The notes beneath the pieces were generated by a model, which made no database searches, had not been told where the DNA came from, and saw only the letters and a program-made list of their open reading frames with translations. A program made the translations under genes and the position numbers. Positions 56,864 through 64,000 of a DNA stretch of 64,000 nucleotides are shown piece by piece (within the stretch, counting starts at the first letter, position 1; every line of letters starts with the position of its first letter). The stretch lies in the NCBI GenBank assembly GCA_963816145.1, contig CAWFJP010000030.1, forward strand, positions 480,001-544,000. The letters are read 5' to 3'. The DNA comes from an uncultured delta proteobacterium. Lineage in GTDB: Bacteria > Desulfobacterota > Binatia > UBA9968.

Positions 56864-58018
56864 ATGAAAATGCCACGAACGGTTTTGCTGTCTGTTCTTA
56901 TGAGTCTGCTCAGCGCCGCGCTGCTGTCGGCTCAGGAAGTCCGTCGATCGAGCGTCGCTAGCGAGAGCGCGCTGCCGTCGCTCGCTGCCATTAAAGACTG
57001 CCTTAACCAGCCCAACAGCCCGGAATGTCTCGACAAGCTGTTTCGCGATGCGCTGAAAAATCACACCACTCTCGAAGCCCTCCAATTGATTCAGCGCTAT
57101 GAAAAAGACGATGCCGACCTACGGCGCGACTGCCATCCGGTGGTCCATGCCATCGGCCGGGAAACCTATCGGGTGAAGGGCACGATCCACGATTCGTTTA
57201 CCGCCTGCGACCAGACCTGTCATTCAGGCTGCTACCACGGCTCGGTAGAGCGCTTTCTGCGCGGCGAAGATATTTACAACCAGGCCAACCGGCACCCGAG
57301 CGCTGCCGAGTTGAAGCAAAAAGCTGTGCTCGCCTGCGACCCCAAGCTCGCCGACCGCTTTCGCTTTCAATGTTTTCACGGATTGGGCCACGCGCTGCTT
57401 TTCTTCACCGGTTATAAGCTTGTGCCATCTTTGGATGCCTGCGACGTGCTGCCCAACGGCTGGAGCCAATCGTCTTGCTACGGCGGCGTGTTTATGGAGA
57501 ATGTCTTCAACGCCACGCCCGAACTGCGCGACCTGAGCGCCACCGACTATCACTACCCGTGCAATAAATTAGCCGCCAAGTACCGCAGCGAATGTTACGT
57601 CATGCAGACCTCGCGCATGAGCGAAATGGGCCTGACGACGGAAAGAATCTTTCAAGAATGCGACAAGAGCGGCGAGTACCGTTATCAATGCGCCCTTTCG
57701 GCGGGACGCGACCTGTCGAACTACGTGCGCCTTGGACAGGTCGAGCCGACCGCGCAAAAGTGTCAGGCCGCCGGCGGCGACTCCAAGCGCGCCTGCATCC
57801 GCGGCGTGGTCTACGCTCTCATCGATAACACTTGGGACGGCCGCTATGCCATGCCGTTCTGCGCCGCTCTCGCCGACGGCAGCGATCAAAGCGACTGTTA
57901 CCGCGAAAGCATCGCCTATCTCAAGGACACTTTTGAAAAATCCGCCGCGGACATCGTCAAAGAATGCCGCCAACTTGCGAATCCATCCGAGCGCTGCGCC
58001 GAACTCGCCGCCCGGTAG
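56864..58018 (+). CDS. Exported Cys/His-rich repeat protein of unknown function
   Basis: Signal peptide; CHPVVHAIG, CHSGCYHG, CFHGLGH, CYGGVFME and further Cys pairs. Confidence 0.7.
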   Translation: MKMPRTVLLSVLMSLLSAALLSAQEVRRSSVASESALPSLAAIKDCLNQPNSPECLDKLFRDALKNHTTLEALQLIQRYEKDDADLRRDCHPVVHAIGRETYRVKGTIHDSFTACDQTCHSGCYHGSVERFLRGEDIYNQANRHPSAAELKQKAVLACDPKLADRFRFQCFHGLGHALLFFTGYKLVPSLDACDVLPNGWSQSSCYGGVFMENVFNATPELRDLSATDYHYPCNKLAAKYRSECYVMQTSRMSEMGLTTERIFQECDKSGEYRYQCALSAGRDLSNYVRLGQVEPTAQKCQAAGGDSKRACIRGVVYALIDNTWDGRYAMPFCAALADGSDQSDCYRESIAYLKDTFEKSAADIVKECRQLANPSERCAELAAR

Positions 58019-58022
58019 CCCA

Positions 58023-58038
58023 TGGCACAAGTTCCGCT
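58023..58038 (+). promoter_or_regulatory. Possible sigma54 promoter
   Basis: TGGCAC-AAGTT-CCGCT with GG-N10-GC spacing; -12 box non-consensus. Confidence 0.3.
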
Positions 58039-58205
58039 GATTTATTTCCACCACACCGTAAATTTTGTTGCGCGACTAATGCCGCGAAGCCGGCGTTTTT
58101 TAATGTCGTTTTCACAGGGAAATTTTGTCGTGCTGCGCTTGCGTGCAGCGGTCGTAAGTGCAAAAGTATGCGCCACCAAGCCGGAGATCTTTTGCCAGAC
58201 TAGCC

Positions 58206-58598
58206 ATGGAACCACCACTCTTAATGCTCATCGACGACGAGTTCGGTGTGCGCGAGTCGCTCAAGATGGTCTTCTCCAAAGATTACCGCGTTATCGACAC
58301 CGACTCGCTCGCCGCGGCGATTCCCAAGATCGAGGCGTTCCGGCCGAGCGTCGTCCTGCTTGACGTGCTCATGCCGAAAACCGACGGTCTCGCCGCATTG
58401 CAGCAGATCAAACAGATCCATCCCAACTGTGAGGTCATCATACTCACCGGCATCAATTCCCAACAGCTCGCCGCCAAGGCGATCGAGCTCGGTGCCTGCG
58501 ATTTCGTCGGCAAGCCCTTCGACATCGTCGTCCTGCGGCAAAAAGTCAGCCGTGCGCTGGAAAAATTGGCGCAACGATCGGCGCCGCCTGCATCCTAA
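58206..58598 (+). CDS. Single-domain response regulator (receiver)
   Basis: IDDE, LLDVLMP, ILTG, KPF. Confidence 0.9.
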   Translation: MEPPLLMLIDDEFGVRESLKMVFSKDYRVIDTDSLAAAIPKIEAFRPSVVLLDVLMPKTDGLAALQQIKQIHPNCEVIILTGINSQQLAAKAIELGACDFVGKPFDIVVLRQKVSRALEKLAQRSAPPAS

Positions 58599-58634
58599 CC
58601 ACGAAAACCGCCAACCAAAAAGCAAGCATGCTTT

Positions 58635-58965
58635 TCACCACGAAGGACACGAAGAGCACGAAGTTCGGACAGAAAATCGTCCGAATTCTTTCTGTTCGTA
58701 TTGCTATCGCTCACAATTTGCGCCGCAGGCGCAAATGATCTCGAATTTGAACACACTCGGATTCGGAAACTTTTCCCGCCAAGGCGTAAATACGGCAAGT
58801 TCGGATTCGATGTCATTTCGACCGAAGAGAGAAATCTTTCTTAGATCCCTCGCGGTCACTCCGGAGGACGAGCATCAGCCCGTCACCTTTGCGGCCTTGG
58901 CGTCTTTGCGGGAGATATTGCGAGTTTCGGTTGCGGCTCCGCCGTGCTGTGCTCCGCGCGGTCAA
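58635..58965. repeat. Nested mosaic of CACGAAG, CGC(C/A)AAG and TGTC palindromic families
   Basis: caccacgaaggacacgaagagcacgaag; cccgccaagg..ctttgcggccttggcgtctttgcggg enclosing tgtcatttcgaccgaagagagaaatct. Confidence 0.65.
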
Positions 58966-58981
58966 GAAGCATAACTCTAAA

Positions 58982-59605
58982 ATGGTCAGCAATCGCCATA
59001 AGACAGTCTACCTTTTCGTCCTTCTCTGCTGTCTACTTGCAAGCTGCAGCAAGCTCAAGCAATGGGCCTACCAAGGCATCGACCGCGACCAATGGCAGCA
59101 GCCGGACAAAGTGATCGCGGCGCTGCAAATCCGCGAGGGCGAGCAGATCGCCGATCTTGGCGCCGGCGGCGGCTATTTTACTTTCTATCTCGCCAAGGCG
59201 GCCGGCCCCAACGGCAAGGTCTACGCCGTCGATATCGACAAAGGCACCAACGATTTGATCGCTGAGCGTGCCAAAAAGGATGGGATCGCTAACGTCGCAA
59301 CCATCCTTGCGAACTCAAATGACCCGCTGCTGCCCCAATCCGGCGTCGACCTGATCTTCACCAGCAACACCTACCATCACTTCGACAACCGGGTTGTCTA
59401 CTTTTCCAACCTGCGCAAATACTTGAAACCCGGCGGCCGCATCGCGATTATCGACTTCGACCGGCGCGCCTGGCTCGAAGGTCTATTACGCCACTACACG
59501 CCGAGCGAATTCATCAAACGGGAAATGGAACAGGCGGGCTACACGCTCCGGCAAGAACCAACCTTCCTCGACCGCCAGTCATTTCTGATTTTCACGCTCG
59601 GTTAA
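58982..59605 (+). CDS. Class I SAM-dependent methyltransferase (lipoprotein-like N-terminus)
   Basis: LASC lipobox; RD.WQ.P; ADLGAGGGYF; LKPGGRIAIIDF. Confidence 0.85.
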   Translation: MVSNRHKTVYLFVLLCCLLASCSKLKQWAYQGIDRDQWQQPDKVIAALQIREGEQIADLGAGGGYFTFYLAKAAGPNGKVYAVDIDKGTNDLIAERAKKDGIANVATILANSNDPLLPQSGVDLIFTSNTYHHFDNRVVYFSNLRKYLKPGGRIAIIDFDRRAWLEGLLRHYTPSEFIKREMEQAGYTLRQEPTFLDRQSFLIFTLG

Positions 59606-59802
59606 AGAGTCAATCGATAAAACTGCGGGGAACCCGTATCGACAAACCAGCAGCGCGAATCGGTATCGAACTATTTCCCGAAAAAGAAACTTTTCGCGAC
59701 GCAATACTGTTGAACTCTTCCACCTAAATCCGGGTTTGTTTTTCTCCGAACGCTTGCCGGTGTGACAGAAAATAGGTACTTTACCCTGCAACCGGAGTTT
59801 CC

Positions 59803-61803
59803 TTGACGACCACTTATATTCTCAAAGACTTAACCGAACCGATCCGCAACAACTCAGGGCTCGACTACCGCAAGGAGTTAAACGAGGCACAGTATGAGGC
59901 GGCGACGGCGATCGAAGGGCCGCTGTTGATCATCGCCGGCGCCGGCACGGGTAAGACCCGCACGCTGGTCTATCGTGTCGCCCATCTGATCGAACAAGGG
60001 ATCGATCCCAGGTCGATCCTGTTGTTGACGTTTACCCGGCGCTCCGCCGAGGAGATGATCCGCCGCGCCAGTTTATTGATGGACGGGCGGTGCAGCCAGA
60101 TCGCCGGCGGGACGTTTCATTCGTTTGCCAATTTGGTACTGCGCATTCACGGCCGCCATGTCAACCTCGCCCCGTCGTTTACTATCATGGACCGGCCCGA
60201 CAGCGAGGACATCATCCAATTGATCCGCTCCGATATGGGGCTCAATACCAAAGAGAAACGCTTTCCGCGCAAACAGACGGTGGCGGAGATTTTGAGCATG
60301 TCGCTCAACAAAAAGATTCCGCTCAACGACCTGTTGGAACTCGAATATCCCCATCTGGTCGAAGTGAATTTCGAGCTTGGCGAGATCCAGCGCCGCTATA
60401 CCGATTACAAAAGAACCAAATCCCTGATCGACTACGACGATCTCTTGATCAAGGTTCGCGACTTGCTCGCCGATCATCCAGAGATTCGCAGCCGGCTGTC
60501 CGACACTTATCGTTTCATCATGGTCGACGAGTATCAGGACACCAATCACCTCCAGGCGGAGATCGTCCGGCTGTTGGCCGCGACCCATGACAATGTCGCG
60601 GTGGTTGGTGACGATGCTCAGAGCATTTATTCGTTTCGCGGCGCCAACTTTCGCAACATCATGGATTTCCCCAAGCAGTTTCCCGGCGCGCGCCTCATCA
60701 AGCTGGAAGAGAACTATCGCAGCACCCAGCCGATCTTGAACCTGACCAACGAAATCATCAGCCGCGCCAAAGAGGGCTACGAAAAGCGCTTGTTCACGCG
60801 CAAAAGCGTCGGCACCCGGCCCAAGCTGGTCCAGGCGGGCAATGAACAGATGCAATCGCAGTTCGTCTGTCAAAAGGTTTTGGAACTCCGCGAGCAAGGC
60901 GTGCCGCTGTGGGATATCGCCGTGCTGTTCCGTTCGAGCTTTCATTCCTTCGACCTAGAAATCGAGCTGGCGCGCCACAACATTCCATTCGTCAAACGGG
61001 GCGGTTTTCAATTCATGGAAGCGGCTCATGTCAAAGATCTGCTGGCTCATTTGCGCATCATGGCCAATCCGCAAGACGCGGTGTCGTGGAACCGAGTCTT
61101 GATGCTGCTCGAAGGCATCGGCCCCGGCGCCAGCCAGAAAATTATCAAGTGGCTGCTAGAAGGCGGCAGCGCTATCGAACGGCTGCGCAGCTACAACGCC
61201 AAGGGCAAGATCGCCCAAGGGCTGCGCACTCTCGCGCAGGTACTGGAGGAAGCGGCCAAAGCCGAACTGCCGTCCGAACAGGCGCAGTATTTGATGCAGT
61301 ATTATCTGCCGATCCTGAAACAGAACTATCCCGACGATCATCCCAAGCGTCTGCGCGACATGGAACATTTCCAGGGAATGACCGAACGCTATCGCAGCCT
61401 GGAACGGTTGTTGAGCGACATGGCGTTGGAACCGCCCAACGATAGCATCGGCGGCGTCCTGGCGGTGGATCCCGACGAAGGGCCGCTGATCCTATCGACG
61501 ATTCACTCGGCCAAGGGGTTGGAGTTTCACTCGGTGTTTATCATCTGGGCTCTTGAAGGCCGCTTCCCGTCGCTCTACAACACCAACTCCCAAGAAGACC
61601 TGGAAGAAGAGCGCCGCTTGCTCTACGTCGCCGCCACCCGGGCGAAACAGAATCTGTTTATCTCCTATCCGACGCGGGTTTTCGACAAAACTCTGCGAAT
61701 GGTCTTGTCTCAACCTTCGCAGTTCATCGACGGCATGTCGTCGCGCATGCTCGAGCCGGTCGCCCTCGTGCCCGAGGGATCCTATTGGAATTGGGAGAGT
61801 TGA
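59803..61803 (+). CDS. UvrD/PcrA-family SF1 DNA helicase
   Basis: AGAGTGKT, TFT, VDEYQD, GDDAQSIYSFRGA, NYRS, TIHSAKGLE, EERRLLYVA.TRA. Confidence 0.92.
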   Translation: MTTTYILKDLTEPIRNNSGLDYRKELNEAQYEAATAIEGPLLIIAGAGTGKTRTLVYRVAHLIEQGIDPRSILLLTFTRRSAEEMIRRASLLMDGRCSQIAGGTFHSFANLVLRIHGRHVNLAPSFTIMDRPDSEDIIQLIRSDMGLNTKEKRFPRKQTVAEILSMSLNKKIPLNDLLELEYPHLVEVNFELGEIQRRYTDYKRTKSLIDYDDLLIKVRDLLADHPEIRSRLSDTYRFIMVDEYQDTNHLQAEIVRLLAATHDNVAVVGDDAQSIYSFRGANFRNIMDFPKQFPGARLIKLEENYRSTQPILNLTNEIISRAKEGYEKRLFTRKSVGTRPKLVQAGNEQMQSQFVCQKVLELREQGVPLWDIAVLFRSSFHSFDLEIELARHNIPFVKRGGFQFMEAAHVKDLLAHLRIMANPQDAVSWNRVLMLLEGIGPGASQKIIKWLLEGGSAIERLRSYNAKGKIAQGLRTLAQVLEEAAKAELPSEQAQYLMQYYLPILKQNYPDDHPKRLRDMEHFQGMTERYRSLERLLSDMALEPPNDSIGGVLAVDPDEGPLILSTIHSAKGLEFHSVFIIWALEGRFPSLYNTNSQEDLEEERRLLYVAATRAKQNLFISYPTRVFDKTLRMVLSQPSQFIDGMSSRMLEPVALVPEGSYWNWES

Positions 61804-63323
61804 TGATGGTGCAGCTCCTGCATTATGTGGTGGTATTCGTCAGCGGCGCTGTATTAATGGCGCTGGAGATCGCCGGCAGCCGGATCTTGGCGCCCAACTT
61901 CGGCAGCTCGATCTTTGTCTGGGGCAGCTTGATCTCGGTGGTGATGACCGCGCTCAGCATCGGCTATTACTGGGGCGGTTGGATGTCAGCGCGCGCGCCG
62001 TCTTATGGCAGGCTCGCCACCCTGCTGGTGATTCCCGGGATCGTGATTTTTTTCCTGCCCTTCGTCTATCCGGCTATCAATGACTGGATCGCCAGCATCG
62101 ACCTCGGCAATCGCTTGAGCCCGCTCGTCGCCTGTAGCGCTTTGTTCCTCCTGCCGGGTGTATTTCTCGGCACCGTCTCTCCCTATGTCATTCGTTTGGC
62201 GGCGACCAAGTTACATACCGTCGGCAGCACCGCCGGCACGCTTTACGCGGTCTCTACCGCCGGCAGCATTTTCGGCACGCTGCTTACCGCTTTTTATTTG
62301 ATTCCTGTTTTGGGCGTTAGCAATATTATTCATTCTTTGGGGGTAACGCTGGTGGTTCTATCGTTAATTGTAGTACCTTTGATGCGATTTCAACGCGCGG
62401 CCGTCACGCGCGCCGTCACGGCGGGCTGGCTATTTCTAGGCTCATTCGGCTGTTTCAGTTTGGCGTCGGCGCCGCTGGTATGGGCGAAAACCTTGTTGCA
62501 AAAAGACACATTCTATCATCGCATCCGGGTCGAGGAGGACGAAGATGCGCGCTACATGTACTTCGATCGCACGCTGCAGAGCGCCATGACCCTAAAAGAC
62601 CCGACGGCGCTGCGGCTGGTCTATTCGCGCTACACCTCGATCGGCATGACGTTCCGCCCCGATGCCAAACGCATGCTGCTGATCGGCCTTGGCGGCGGGT
62701 CGATTCCGAAAAAGCTCAATAAGGAGTTCCCGAATCTCGTGATCGATGCCATCGACCTCGACCCGGAGGTGATCCGGATCGCCAAAGATCACTTCAACGT
62801 CGTTGAACATAAAAATCTTCAACTCACCGCTCAGGACGGCCGGTTATTTTTAGCGCGGACCCAGCACCAATACGACATCATCTTGCTCGACGCCTACTTC
62901 ACCGACTCGATGCCGTTTCATCTGGCCACCAGACAGTTCTTCGAACTGGCCCAGAAAAAACTCGCCCCCAACGGCATCGTGGTGGCTAATCTCATTAGCG
63001 CGGTCACCGGCCCTTCCGGTAAGATCGCGCGTTCTTTCGTCCGCACCCAACGGCAGGTTTTTCCGCAGACCTATGTTTTTGCCACGCGCCGGCCCGACAA
63101 CGTGAGCCTGGACACGATTCAGAACGTTATCGTCATCGCCACCAGGGACAAGCAGCGAGTCGATATCAAGGAAATCGTCAAACGCGCCACCACGCTTGAT
63201 AAAGGTCTCTTTCCCGACCCAGTCCAAGACATCGCCGTCGCTTACTTTGACCGCCCGTTACCCGAAGACACACCGATCCTAACCGATGATTTCGCGCCGA
63301 CAGACAATTTGCTCAATCCTTAG
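61803..63323 (+). CDS. Fused membrane domain / spermidine-synthase-like methyltransferase
   Basis: Multi-TM N-terminus (ALEIAGSR.LAP.FG); IGLGGG, DGR, ILLDAY, LTDD.AP. Confidence 0.85.
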   Translation: MMVQLLHYVVVFVSGAVLMALEIAGSRILAPNFGSSIFVWGSLISVVMTALSIGYYWGGWMSARAPSYGRLATLLVIPGIVIFFLPFVYPAINDWIASIDLGNRLSPLVACSALFLLPGVFLGTVSPYVIRLAATKLHTVGSTAGTLYAVSTAGSIFGTLLTAFYLIPVLGVSNIIHSLGVTLVVLSLIVVPLMRFQRAAVTRAVTAGWLFLGSFGCFSLASAPLVWAKTLLQKDTFYHRIRVEEDEDARYMYFDRTLQSAMTLKDPTALRLVYSRYTSIGMTFRPDAKRMLLIGLGGGSIPKKLNKEFPNLVIDAIDLDPEVIRIAKDHFNVVEHKNLQLTAQDGRLFLARTQHQYDIILLDAYFTDSMPFHLATRQFFELAQKKLAPNGIVVANLISAVTGPSGKIARSFVRTQRQVFPQTYVFATRRPDNVSLDTIQNVIVIATRDKQRVDIKEIVKRATTLDKGLFPDPVQDIAVAYFDRPLPEDTPILTDDFAPTDNLLNP

Positions 63324-63942
63324 CGCGCTGTTATTGGCCGGCTGCTCGACCTTCCAAGTCTCGGCACCCGAGCGCGTCGTTCGGGTCAAGGCGCTGGCGG
63401 ATCCGCAGTTCAGATCGAGAAATCCCGGCTGGGCTCAAGAGGCTCGCGGCTTGATCGAAGCGGCGTCCGACTATTACGAAGAAGAGTTTGGCATTCGGCT
63501 GATCACGGCGAGCGTTGCCCCATGGCCCGAAGATGAAAGAGTGCCTTCCACGCCGACCTTGCTGGCGCGCTTGCAGAAACAATTCCCGGTGGCTTCGGCA
63601 GACGGCAGCTATGACATCGTGATCGCTTTCACCGGCGAGAATGTCAGCCGCATCCTCACCGCCGGCCGGCCGCGCGTCGACCGCATCGGCAACTGCAGTC
63701 AAGGCCTGGCTCGATATATCGTCTTGCCAACAAATAAACTTTTTCGCTACACCGGGCTGACCACGACGGATCTAGACCCCGATGTCCTCACATTGGTGCA
63801 CGAGATCGGCCATGTGTTCGGCGCCGAACATGTCGAAGACGTCAACTCAATCATGAATGAAAACTTCGACTACCGTGGCCAATTCGACGCCAAGAACCGC
63901 AAGATCATCCAAAACAACCGATCCTGCCCGTTTGCCAAATAA
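63286..63942 (+). CDS. Zincin metallopeptidase lipoprotein (M10/M12-like)
   Basis: LAGC lipobox; HEIGHVFGAEH plus SIM Met-turn. Confidence 0.8.
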   Translation: MISRRQTICSILSALLLAGCSTFQVSAPERVVRVKALADPQFRSRNPGWAQEARGLIEAASDYYEEEFGIRLITASVAPWPEDERVPSTPTLLARLQKQFPVASADGSYDIVIAFTGENVSRILTAGRPRVDRIGNCSQGLARYIVLPTNKLFRYTGLTTTDLDPDVLTLVHEIGHVFGAEHVEDVNSIMNENFDYRGQFDAKNRKIIQNNRSCPFAK

Positions 63943-63971
63943 CTCGCACGGCGATAGTTCTGTCGAGCGAC

Positions 63972-64000
63972 AACCTGGAACGATTGGAACACCTGGAACC
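63972..64000 (+). repeat. TGGAAC 9-mer array (runs off window)
   Basis: acctggaacgattggaacacctggaacc. Confidence 0.7.

Noticed and set aside
1-64000. tRNA, rRNA, transposase or prophage genes
   Set aside because: None recognised by eye; a tRNAscan/Rfam run would be needed to exclude them.

Overview
GC-rich bacterial chromosomal region. Its gene content (many orphan NMT1/SsuA-type substrate-binding proteins interleaved with amidohydrolases, LLM monooxygenases, a Rieske oxygenase, CoA transferase, ThDP enzyme and a pcaDCHGB cluster) resembles Candidatus Binatia / Deltaproteobacteria-like soil lineages; this taxonomy is inference. Main signals not shown by the ORF track: (1) an integrase-less integron cassette array at ~42.8-44.4 kb with three attC sites, a candidate attI, a BrnTA cassette, an ORF-less cassette and an HExxH cassette, next to a higBA locus with a dead toxin bracketed by a 100-bp direct repeat; (2) a DsbA/FrnE-like gene with in-frame TGA at the first CxxC position, a probable selenoprotein (5673-6299); (3) a 69-aa protein with canonical C2H2 zinc-finger spacing behind a sigma54-type promoter, followed by a hairpin displaying an anti-SD-like loop; (4) many distinct, often nested, intergenic repeat families, some invading coding sequence; (5) several frameshifted, duplicated or chimeric gene remnants. 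All product calls come from motif recognition only; no searches were run.
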